Shown here in pieces: positions 56,507-64,000 of a stretch of 64,000 nucleotides of DNA. Both the position numbers and the translations under genes were made by a program. The DNA is from Verrucomicrobiota bacterium (GTDB lineage Bacteria; Verrucomicrobiota; Verrucomicrobiia; Limisphaerales; UBA11358), in NCBI GenBank assembly GCA_049516255.1, contig JBEKTH010000010.1, forward strand, positions 8,865 to 72,864. The letters run 5' to 3'. The stretch's first letter is position 1. Each line of letters opens with the position of its first letter. The notes below the pieces were generated by a model. The model saw only the letters and a list, made by a program, of their open reading frames with translations. It had not been told where the DNA came from and ran no database searches.

Positions 56507-57787
56507 ATGCTTTACGATGCTTGGCAGAAGGTGGTTCAGGACCGGGGCGATGAGGTGGCGTTGCGCGATCTGGCTTCCGGACGGAGTTGGACCTTTGCGC
56601 AATTGGACCGCGAATCCGAAACCCGCCTGCCCGGTGCCCCGGCGATGGTTTTCCCGAAGGGTCATGCCCCCGAATTTATTATTGCCGTGCTGCGGGCCTG
56701 GCGTTGGGGGGCGGTGGTGTGTCCCCTCGAAGCCCACCATCAACCGCTGGCGGTTCTCCCTCCGCCGTCGCCATGTTGTCATCTCAAAACCACGCCGGCC
56801 ACCCGGGGTGTGCCGCGGGCGGTCGCGTTTACCGCCGAACAACTGGCCGCCGATGCCAAAAACATTGTGGCCACCATGGGCTTGCGTCCCGACTGGCCCA
56901 ATCTGGGCGTGATTTCCATGGCCTATTCCTATGGATTTTCAAATCTCGTCCTGCCGTTGCTGCTCCACGGCATCCCGCTTTTCCTGGCGCCGGCGCCGTT
57001 GCCGGAAATCCTGCGGGGCGCGGCCAAGGCCCATTGGAACCTGACCGTGGCCGGCGTGCCGGCGCTCTGGCACGCGTGGCATAAGGCCGGCGTGATCCTC
57101 AGCAACGTCCGGCTGGCCATCTCGGCCGGGGCGACGCTGCCCTTGACCCTGGAGCAGGCGGTCTTCGCTGAACACGGCGTCAAAATCCACAATTTCTACG
57201 GCTCCACCGAATGCGGCGGCATTGCCTACGACGCGACGGAAACGCCGCGGACGGACGAAACCGCCGTCGGCCGGCCGATGAAAAATGTCAAAGTAACCGT
57301 CAATCGCCGCGGCGCGCTGGTGGTCCGGGGCCGGGCGGTGGGCAAGACCTATTGGCCGGCACCGGAAGCCACGCTGGGCCGGGGCGTTTTCCAAACCTGC
57401 GATCTTGCTGAAATCATGGACGGCGCGGTTTGTCTGCGCGGCCGCACTGGTGACCACATCAATGTGGCTGGAAGAAAAGTATGCCCGGACATCATTGAGC
57501 AGGCGTTGCGGGAACATGAGGCGGTTGACGAGTGTCTCGTCTTTGGCGTCCCCAGCGGGAACGCGGACCGGGTGGATCACATTGTGGCCTGCGTCACGTC
57601 GGACCGTCACGGCCTCAAGGAAGAATTAAAACAATTCCTGCTCCAAAAGCTGCCCAGCTGGCAGGTGCCGCGCGAATGGTGGTTTGTGGGGTCGATTGAG
57701 GTCAACGGACACGGCCGGGAAATGGCGCGCGCGCAATGGCGGAAGGATTTTCTCGAAAATCGCGCGAAGCCGGACGTCAAGGTCTGA
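56507..57787 (+). CDS. Divergent short AMP-dependent adenylating enzyme (acyl/aryl-CoA or -ACP ligase family)
   Basis: The ORF starts at 56432; ATG 56507 (MLYDAWQ...) is preferred and ATG 56480 is also possible. Motifs FYGSTECGG, CDLAEIMDGAVCLRGRTGDHINVAGRKVCPDIIE. The P-loop is degenerate (TTPATRGVPRAV). Confidence 0.65.
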   Translation: MLYDAWQKVVQDRGDEVALRDLASGRSWTFAQLDRESETRLPGAPAMVFPKGHAPEFIIAVLRAWRWGAVVCPLEAHHQPLAVLPPPSPCCHLKTTPATRGVPRAVAFTAEQLAADAKNIVATMGLRPDWPNLGVISMAYSYGFSNLVLPLLLHGIPLFLAPAPLPEILRGAAKAHWNLTVAGVPALWHAWHKAGVILSNVRLAISAGATLPLTLEQAVFAEHGVKIHNFYGSTECGGIAYDATETPRTDETAVGRPMKNVKVTVNRRGALVVRGRAVGKTYWPAPEATLGRGVFQTCDLAEIMDGAVCLRGRTGDHINVAGRKVCPDIIEQALREHEAVDECLVFGVPSGNADRVDHIVACVTSDRHGLKEELKQFLLQKLPSWQVPREWWFVGSIEVNGHGREMARAQWRKDFLENRAKPDVKV

Positions 57788-57811
57788 CAACCCGTTTCCA
57801 AACTCACTTCC

Positions 57812-57947
57812 TGGTAGCCGCCGAGGGAACGAGGCTTCGATTCAATTTTCGAATTTACGATTTACGAGTCCACTTCCAACCCAACGCGCGTCAATCGTAT
57901 ATCGTAAATCGAAAATAATGAGTCTTCTTGCGTCGGCTCCTGCGATT
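57812..57947. repeat. MITE-like interspersed element, copy 2 (inverted relative to copy 1)
   Basis: The reverse complement aligns along its whole length with 49679-49820, matching at roughly four fifths of positions by eye with one short indel. It lies between two convergent adenylating-enzyme genes. Confidence 0.7.
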
Positions 57948-57960
57948 TTTCCGGTACGCT

Positions 57961-59430
57961 TTAAACCTGATTTATGACCGGCTGGGATGACCCCGAGCCG
58001 TGCCGGACCTTGCCGCTGGAGGTCATGCTGATTTCAGCGACGAATTCGAGCGAGGTCGGCACCTTGTGGCTCGAAAGCTGGCGGCGGCAGAAGGCCAGAA
58101 TGTCCTCGCTCGGGTTCGGGGAACTGCCATTGCGCAGTTGCACCTCGGCGCAAACCGCCTCGCCAAATTGCGGATGCGGGCGGGAAAACACCCGGGAACG
58201 CACCACCGCCGGATGTTGGTCCAGTACGCCGGCGATTTCCTCCGGAAAAACCTTGTGCCCGGCGATTTGGATCACGGAGGAAGTCCGTCCGTCCAGCACG
58301 ATGCGTCCGCCCCCGTCGCGGTGAGCCAGGTCGCCGGTCAGGAACCAGCCGTCATGCAGCACCTCTGCGCGCGACCGCGGCGGATTCAGGTAACCGGAAA
58401 ACATGCCGGGACCGCGCAGGGCGAGCTGGCCCGTTTCCCCTTCGGGCAATGGCTTCATCGTTTCGTCCACGATCATCGCTTCAAAACCGGGCACTGGCCG
58501 GCCAATGGCCTCGGGGTGTTCCGCTGCTTCGGCAACGTTCATGATGGGCAGGCCCACTTCGATGATGCCAAAACCCTGGGACACCGGGACGTGAAACCGC
58601 GCTTGAAAATCCCGTGCCGCCTGCGGGTCGAGGCGGCTGGAAACCGACATGACCCGCGACAACGACGGCGGCAGGGCGCGACCTGATTTTTCACTGGTCA
58701 ACATTCGGATGTGCATCGGCGTCACGTAAAGAAAAGTGGCCTGATGTTTCGCGGCCGCGTCCAGGATGTTCTCGGCCAGATAATCCGTGTTGACGATCAC
58801 CGTGGCGCCAACCTCAAGGTAAAGAATGATGGAGACGTAAAAGTGATAGGCCATCGGCAACACCCAAAGGATTTTGTCCTCGGAGGTCAGGCCCAGTCCG
58901 GCATTGGCGGCCCGGGTGCGTTCCAGCACGTCTTGATGCGTCAGGACCACGCCCTTGGACTGGCCGGTGGTTCCGGAAGTGAACCGCACGAACGCGGCGT
59001 CCGTGATTCCTGGCGCGAGCGGCGGTGGTGTGCCGCCGAGCCGCGTGAAACGCAAACCGTTGCCGCCCGGATTCTCCAGGGTGACGGTCTGGCCGGGCTG
59101 GGCCGGACCGGAACCGTCGTCAAGAATCACACACAAAGGCGCGCGCGCCAGCATGTCCGCCATTTCGGCCGGCTTCATCTGGTGATGAATGGGCATGATG
59201 ACCGCGCCGCAACCCAGCGCCGCCAGCGCGCCGATGACAAAGGCGCGGCCGTTGCGCGCCCGCACGCCGACGCCCTGTCCCTCGCTTACGCCCAGCCGGT
59301 CAAGCTGGATGCGCAACGCTTCGACTTCGTGCCAGAGTGACCGGTAATCCAGCGAACCGCCGGCATCAATAATGGCGATACGGTCGGGCCATTGGCGGGC
59401 GGATTGGGCAAGCGTCTCAAAAACGTTCAT
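57961..59430 (-). CDS. AMP-dependent synthetase/ligase (fatty-acyl or aryl adenylating enzyme)
   Basis: FTSGTTGQSKGVVLTH, GFGIIE, GWFLTGDLAHRDGGGRIVLDGR, SGKVRH. Confidence 0.85.
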   Translation of the reverse strand: MNVFETLAQSARQWPDRIAIIDAGGSLDYRSLWHEVEALRIQLDRLGVSEGQGVGVRARNGRAFVIGALAALGCGAVIMPIHHQMKPAEMADMLARAPLCVILDDGSGPAQPGQTVTLENPGGNGLRFTRLGGTPPPLAPGITDAAFVRFTSGTTGQSKGVVLTHQDVLERTRAANAGLGLTSEDKILWVLPMAYHFYVSIILYLEVGATVIVNTDYLAENILDAAAKHQATFLYVTPMHIRMLTSEKSGRALPPSLSRVMSVSSRLDPQAARDFQARFHVPVSQGFGIIEVGLPIMNVAEAAEHPEAIGRPVPGFEAMIVDETMKPLPEGETGQLALRGPGMFSGYLNPPRSRAEVLHDGWFLTGDLAHRDGGGRIVLDGRTSSVIQIAGHKVFPEEIAGVLDQHPAVVRSRVFSRPHPQFGEAVCAEVQLRNGSSPNPSEDILAFCRRQLSSHKVPTSLEFVAEISMTSSGKVRHGSGSSQPVINQV

Positions 59431-59524
59431 CGGCTAAAATCTATTTTTGCTTTCCAGTTTGGTCAATATCGCCTCAGTTCGCCAGCCTTCATTGGTGCCG
59501 GACAAAATTTTTCAGACAGAGAAT

Positions 59525-59602
59525 CTTACCGGGAGCGCCGGCATCCTGCCGGCGAATCCTTAACCTGAGACACGCCGGCAGGATGCCGGCGCTCCCGGTA
59601 AG
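59525..59602. repeat. Perfect 30-bp inverted repeat (CTTACCGGGAGCGCCGGCATCCTGCCGGCG - 18 nt - reverse complement)
   Basis: Left arm 59525-59554, right arm 59573-59602, no mismatches. It lies between the FAD oxidoreductase stop and the AMP-ligase start on the minus strand. There is no adjacent U-tract. Confidence 0.8.
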
Positions 59603-59621
59603 ACTTGTCCATCGCTCACCT

Positions 59622-60905
59622 TCATTGGTGTAGAGATCGCCGGATGTTGGTTACCGCGTCCTCCAGCGACTGGCCCGAGGCCTGGAAAGCCGCAGCGGTT
59701 CCGGCCGCCCAGCCGGTCGCCAGCGCCGTGCCGATGACGCGGGCCGAGGTCATCGCGCCCGTGGTGGCGGAGAAACAACGTCCCGCCACCCAGACATTAT
59801 CCAGTTCCGCCGGGCGCAAACAGTCGAGGGGAATGTCATAAAAATCGCGCTCGGCGAAATACGTCATTTCGGGTCGCGGACTGCTGGTCCAGCGTTCCAT
59901 CGGCCAGCAACCCCGGGCGATCCCGGATGGAATTTTTCGCGTGTCCAGTACGTCCTGATCCGTCAGCCGGGCACGCCCGAGGATCCGGCGGCCCGACCGG
60001 ACGCCGAGTTGCGGGGCGACGGAGTCGAGACGCGCGTTTCGGCAGGAGGGAATATTTTCAACCAAAAACCGCCGGAGCGGTTCCAGCAGTGCGCGAGCTT
60101 CGCGTTCCCAATCCGTGACCTGTTGCCAAAGCGCGCGGTCGGGGCTGGCGGGCATCAGGCTCAATTTGAAGGCCAGCCGGCCGTTGGCGCCGGACCCGGG
60201 AACGAGTGACAATCGCTCGCAAAGCGTGGGCAACGCTCCGCTTTCGACGGCCCGATGCAGTTCGCGGCGCACTTCGAGCAAGCCGCGCTGGGCCAGGCCC
60301 GGATCCACATGCTCCAGCACGAAAACCAGGGCGGGTGCCTGGTCGGCGCCGCCGTTTTCCGCATTGGCGCCGCCGAGCGAGGCGGCGGTCGCTTCCCCGG
60401 TGCAATCCACCACCGTGGTCGGACGGAACAGCAACGGCTCGTTCCAGGCGAGGGCGCGGATTTGATTCAGTCGGGGACCTTCGGCCTGCGCTTCCGCCAC
60501 CGTGGCGTGTAATATCACGGTGACATTCTTGGATTCGACCACCATGGCGTCGGCGACGCGGGCAAAGGCGGGCGGGGGATAGGGCAACACCCAGAGGCCG
60601 GTGTCCATCACCCGAATGGGCTTCACGTCGGTGGCTTGCTGCAAGCGCGCGGCAAACTCCTGCGCAAATCCGCCGCCAACCGGCGTGGCTTCGGCGTGTG
60701 TTGCGTCCCGCAGATAAAGTCCGCAAATGGTGCCGACCTGCGCGGTGGTGGCCAATCCACCGAGGAATCCGTATCGCTCCAACAAGACCACCCGGGCGCC
60801 GGCGCGCCCGGCTGCGGTCGCCGCCGCCACTCCCGCGGCACCGCCACCGACGATCAGCACGTCGCAGGCAATGGTCGTGCCGCCAGTGCGGACCGCGTTG
60901 CTCAC
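59622..60905 (-). CDS. FAD-dependent oxidoreductase (FAD_oxidored/GIDA-like family)
   Basis: The ORF starts at 60953. GTG 60905 is preferred because it gives a GTGA start/stop overlap with the radical SAM gene, like the ATGA junctions elsewhere in this operon. Dinucleotide fold CDVLIVGGGAAGVAAATAAGRAGARVVLLE...LGGL. Confidence 0.75.
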   Translation of the reverse strand: MSNAVRTGGTTIACDVLIVGGGAAGVAAATAAGRAGARVVLLERYGFLGGLATTAQVGTICGLYLRDATHAEATPVGGGFAQEFAARLQQATDVKPIRVMDTGLWVLPYPPPAFARVADAMVVESKNVTVILHATVAEAQAEGPRLNQIRALAWNEPLLFRPTTVVDCTGEATAASLGGANAENGGADQAPALVFVLEHVDPGLAQRGLLEVRRELHRAVESGALPTLCERLSLVPGSGANGRLAFKLSLMPASPDRALWQQVTDWEREARALLEPLRRFLVENIPSCRNARLDSVAPQLGVRSGRRILGRARLTDQDVLDTRKIPSGIARGCWPMERWTSSPRPEMTYFAERDFYDIPLDCLRPAELDNVWVAGRCFSATTGAMTSARVIGTALATGWAAGTAAAFQASGQSLEDAVTNIRRSLHQ

Positions 60906-62314
60906 GGTAGTCTCCGCCGCATGTGCTCGCCGTAGCCGCGGATGTATTTCCACTGGGGCCGCACGTTCAGCAGCACCGACACTTTTTGTCCCCAGCGGAC
61001 CACGGTCTTACGCCAGTCCGCCGGCGAGGTCCACTCCGCGCGCCGCCGCGTGATCCGATCCAGTTGGTTCTCGGTGTCTTCGGCCAGCCCGGGTGACAGG
61101 TAATAGGCCGGTTCAAAGAGGTCCTGGTCGGGTTTGACCTGGCCTTCCCGCACGGCGATCCGGGCCATGGGCGTGCCTTCATGGACGCGGATGCCGATGG
61201 TGGCAAACACGGCGTTGGCTTCCGCACAACTGTTCAAAAAGCTTTGGGTGTCCTCGACATCCGCCCAGGTTTCGCCGGGACCGCCGAACAGCAGGTAGAC
61301 CGCAATCGGCAGACCGGCGTCATGCGCCGCTTGCATGGCAATCCGGGTTTCCTTCTGCCCAAACGGCTTGTCCAGGGCGACCAGCATTTTGTCCGAGGCC
61401 ACATCCAGTCCGAACTCCACGCCGGCGCAACCGCCTTCCTTCATGGCGTGCGCGAGTTCCGCGTCGAAACCGGTCGGGTTGCAGAAGGCCGACCAGCGGA
61501 CCGGCACCCGCCGTCGCCGGAGTTCGCGGCAAATGGCCAGGGCGTGGCTCCGCGGATCGTTGAAGACGCTGTCCACGAAAAAGAAATGGCGCTGCTTCGA
61601 CCGGACGGCCACGGTTTCGATTTCCTCGACCACGGCTTCCGGTGGGCGGAGCCGGTAGCGGCGTCCCTCCAGTTTGGGATAAATGCAGTAAGCGCATTTG
61701 AACGGGCATCCCCGTTTGGTTTGCACGCCGACAAACCCGCCGCGCCGGGTGTACCGCGGGTAGTTGCAAAACTCGTGGGCCGGTGGCGGCAAGTCGCCCA
61801 ATCGCTCGATGGCCCTTGCGGGGAGAGCGGCGTCGGAGTCATCACTTTTGCCATGGGTGACGACACCTTCAATCCCGTCCAGGGAATGTCCGGATTCCAA
61901 TCGCGCCAGCACTTCCGGAAACGCGCGTTCGCCCTCGCCGATGACACCGCAGTCGGGTTGCAACCGTTGCATCCAGCCTTGTGGGGACACCGAAAAACCG
62001 CTGCCGCCCAGAATCAAGGGTCCTGCGAAATGTTGCCGCACGGTTTCCGCCAGTTCCCGGACATCGTTGAAATAGGAACGGGGGGCAAAAGACCAACAGT
62101 TGTCCAGGTTGCGGATGCCGAAGGCCACGGCCCCGAACTTCTCCCTCGTCAGCGCTTTTTGCAGTGCCTTTTGCGGATTTCGTTCCATTCCCAGGTCCAA
62201 AAACTCGACCTCATGGCCGGCGGCCCGGGCCGCTGCGACCACGCAGAGCGCCCCCAACGGCGCGACGGGATAAGGGGAACTTTCCCGGTTGGTTGCCGCC
62301 AGGAGCACTTTCAT
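60902..62314 (-). CDS. B12-binding-domain radical SAM enzyme
   Basis: N-terminal cobalamin-binding-like Rossmann (MKVLLAATN...PLGALCVVAAA...ILGGSGFS). Radical SAM cluster motif CPFKCAYC (CxxxCxxC) in VQTKRGCPFKCAYCIYP. Confidence 0.85.
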   Translation of the reverse strand: MKVLLAATNRESSPYPVAPLGALCVVAAARAAGHEVEFLDLGMERNPQKALQKALTREKFGAVAFGIRNLDNCWSFAPRSYFNDVRELAETVRQHFAGPLILGGSGFSVSPQGWMQRLQPDCGVIGEGERAFPEVLARLESGHSLDGIEGVVTHGKSDDSDAALPARAIERLGDLPPPAHEFCNYPRYTRRGGFVGVQTKRGCPFKCAYCIYPKLEGRRYRLRPPEAVVEEIETVAVRSKQRHFFFVDSVFNDPRSHALAICRELRRRRVPVRWSAFCNPTGFDAELAHAMKEGGCAGVEFGLDVASDKMLVALDKPFGQKETRIAMQAAHDAGLPIAVYLLFGGPGETWADVEDTQSFLNSCAEANAVFATIGIRVHEGTPMARIAVREGQVKPDQDLFEPAYYLSPGLAEDTENQLDRITRRRAEWTSPADWRKTVVRWGQKVSVLLNVRPQWKYIRGYGEHMRRRLP

Positions 62315-63648
62315 GACAACTCCTCCTCCAGCAAAGCATGGCGCAGGTCCCGTTCCAGCCCGTCCACCTCGGCCGGAGTCAGACAGTCATCCACCCACGA
62401 CAGCAGGGTGGAAAGCCGGTTGCCAAACCTTAAAAACAACACGGTCAGACCGGGCCAACGCCAGCATGGGATCAAGTGGGTGGCATCCAAGATCCGGCCG
62501 CCACAAAATTCCGTCATGCCGGGGCAGATTTCACCCGAATCCGAAAAGCTCAGGGACGCGATCTTGCCGCGGGTCGGTTTTCCCAGATGATGGGCGTAAT
62601 ATCCCAGCGGGAGTGGCTTGAACATTTCCAGCGCCGCCATACAGCATTCGGGGAAGCGGTCGCGAATCTGGTCCATCATTTGCCGGCTGAGTTCGCCAAC
62701 GATGTCGCTAATCCGACCGGCGTGTTGCGGTTCGATGCGATAGAACAGAATGGAGAGATGATTGGAAAAGATGGGGCCTTTCGCCCCATGTCGGCGCGTG
62801 TCATGGGGCACGGGAACCAGATAAGCCCCGTCCCGGTTGCCGCGCTGGACGGCGATGGTATGCAGCGCCCGGATGGAAGCCGCCAGGAAAAAATGACTGC
62901 GCCGGAAACCGGCGGTGAGCTGCTGGCTGCGCGCGTCGATGCGGGCGGTTTCCAGTTCGGTGAACTGCAAGACGCGGCGATGGTTGCGGCGCAGGCCGGA
63001 ACGGGCTCCGGGTGGCACCAGGCTGAAGAGCGGTTCCTTGCCGGATTCGTGCAGCCACTTCACCGAGCCGTGCGCCTGTTTGGCATTGGACCACCAGCTC
63101 GTTCCCCGGCGCTCCATTTGTATGGGACTGATAAAGTCCTTGACGCTCGGCGCTCCATTCGTGGCGCCGTTCGCGTTCAAATGGCTCAATAAAAAGTCGA
63201 GCCCCCGCGCATCCAGCAGGGTGTGGTTCCAGGAAAGATAAAGATGACTGCTGCCATCCGCGTGGCGCACCACGTCAAACGTTACGCCCGGCCCGTGTTC
63301 GGCCCGCAATTCGCGTTCCGTGACCACCTTGGGCAGCGTCCACGCGGTCTCCCCGCTGCCATTTTGATCGTGGTGTTCGAAAAAGATGGTTTTGGGTATT
63401 GACGTTGTCCGCCAGACCGGCGGCAACAGCGGCAGCCAGCGGACGAAGCGCGCGCGCGCCAGCCAGTCCATGATCGGCGATTCGGCAATGCGCCGGCGCA
63501 GCCGGTCGGCCTCAAAGCCCTGGTCGAGCTGGAAGACGGCGCAGCAGACATTGCCCGGCAACCCGAACCGCCGCATCCGGTGGTCCTGGCCGTGCATGAA
63601 ATAATCTCCGGCAGCCGATCGAATCTGACGAGGCAGGTGGTCAGGCAT
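62311..63648 (-). CDS. Condensation/CAT-superfamily-like acyltransferase (HxxxD motif), otherwise uncharacterised
   Basis: ORF 62311..63792 trimmed to ATG 63648, 20 nt after the ACP stop. ATGA overlap with the radical SAM start. LYLSWNHTLLDARG contains an HxxxD motif resembling HHxxxDG of C-domain/WS-DGAT/PapA5 acyltransferases. The family call is tentative. Confidence 0.45.
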   Translation of the reverse strand: MPDHLPRQIRSAAGDYFMHGQDHRMRRFGLPGNVCCAVFQLDQGFEADRLRRRIAESPIMDWLARARFVRWLPLLPPVWRTTSIPKTIFFEHHDQNGSGETAWTLPKVVTERELRAEHGPGVTFDVVRHADGSSHLYLSWNHTLLDARGLDFLLSHLNANGATNGAPSVKDFISPIQMERRGTSWWSNAKQAHGSVKWLHESGKEPLFSLVPPGARSGLRRNHRRVLQFTELETARIDARSQQLTAGFRRSHFFLAASIRALHTIAVQRGNRDGAYLVPVPHDTRRHGAKGPIFSNHLSILFYRIEPQHAGRISDIVGELSRQMMDQIRDRFPECCMAALEMFKPLPLGYYAHHLGKPTRGKIASLSFSDSGEICPGMTEFCGGRILDATHLIPCWRWPGLTVLFLRFGNRLSTLLSWVDDCLTPAEVDGLERDLRHALLEEELS

Positions 63649-63668
63649 AAGCACGGCCACTCCGGCGC

Positions 63669-63944
63669 TCAGGCGGTAGAGTGGTTGTTGCGGGACAGCT
63701 CGGCGATGCAATTGGCCAGCGTGGCCATCGAGGTCAGATTGTTGCCCGTCAGGTGCGAATCCGGCACCCGGACGCCGATGACGCGTTCGCAAAAGAGCAG
63801 CAGTTCCACCAGCGCAAACGAATCAATGCCGGCCTGGGCCAGCGGGCTGTTTTCGTCAAAATCCGTTCCTTCGGCGACGAAATTGGTTCGCGCAAACTGA
63901 CAAAGCTGCGCGGCGACAGTCTTGGGGTCCTTCTCTGAGGTCAT
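63669..63944 (-). CDS. Acyl carrier protein
   Basis: ORF trimmed to ATG 63944, giving 91 aa. Phosphopantetheine-attachment motif AGIDSFALVELL (DS-hydrophobic). Confidence 0.8.
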   Translation of the reverse strand: MTSEKDPKTVAAQLCQFARTNFVAEGTDFDENSPLAQAGIDSFALVELLLFCERVIGVRVPDSHLTGNNLTSMATLANCIAELSRNNHSTA

Positions 63945-64000
63945 TGCTTGTTTTAGGTCTGCGACGAAATGTCGGTCATTGCGGCGCAACCACGGGGTGT

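Noticed and set aside
49679-57947. Composite transposon interpretation of the inverted MITE-like pair
   Set aside because: There is no transposase or integrase between or near the copies and no visible target-site duplications. It is kept as a finding (possible inversion or seam) but not called a mobile element.
59525-59602. Rho-independent terminator call for the 30-bp perfect inverted repeat
   Set aside because: No U-tract directly follows the stem on the minus-strand transcript, and the stem is much longer than typical terminators. It is reported as a repeat instead.

Overview
GC-rich bacterial chromosomal window. The protein repertoire suggests a Verrucomicrobiota/PVC-type organism: a PEP-CTERM protein, a prepilin-type N-methylation-motif protein of the expanded PVC kind, DUF1080, and recurrent '...FYRL' terminal domains. 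This taxonomic call is inference only. Gene order: (i) 1-8.2 kb, a plus-strand lipid/beta-oxidation operon with patatin-like lipase, PaaK-like adenylating enzyme, thiolase, FadB-like enzyme and acyl-CoA dehydrogenase. (ii) 8.6-25.5 kb, a visibly less GC-rich, PUL-like glycan (galactan-type) island. It holds a tandem beta-helix hydrolase, a LamG protein, GH2, a PA14-containing histidine kinase with a NarL-type regulator, a PEP-CTERM protein, a pseudopilin-like protein, a 906-aa triple-module surface protein and a GH53 galactanase. Three of its transcription units share a 19-23 nt upstream motif. (iii) 25.9-41.5 kb, two paralogous versions (split and fused) of the experimentally uncharacterised circularly-permuted ATP-grasp / alpha-E / transglutaminase system. 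A phosphofructokinase and a 1132-aa protein (possible PPi-type PEPCK) are translationally coupled into the middle of it. (iv) 41.6-48 kb, miscellaneous genes: DUF1080, a beta-propeller protein, a small membrane protein, an alkaline-phosphatase-superfamily enzyme and alanine dehydrogenase. (v) 48-64 kb, running off the right edge, an orphan type II FAS/PKS-like lipid or pigment cluster. It contains a KS/CLF pair, FabG, ACP, two adenylating enzymes, a WxWxIP flavin halogenase, a B12-radical SAM enzyme, a CrtI-like and a second FAD oxidoreductase, an HxxxD acyltransferase and GT2. I rate this cluster the best candidate for an undescribed system, followed by the ATP-grasp/alpha-E/TGase locus. Several interspersed repeat families are present: a MITE-like ~140-bp element, (CGTAAAT)n heptamer cores, CCCTCTCCCC hairpins and GC-rich palindromes. 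Two palindromic elements sit in frame inside coding genes. I recognised no rRNA, tRNA, CRISPR, transposase, phage or defence genes. All family assignments come from motifs read by eye; no searches or statistics were run.
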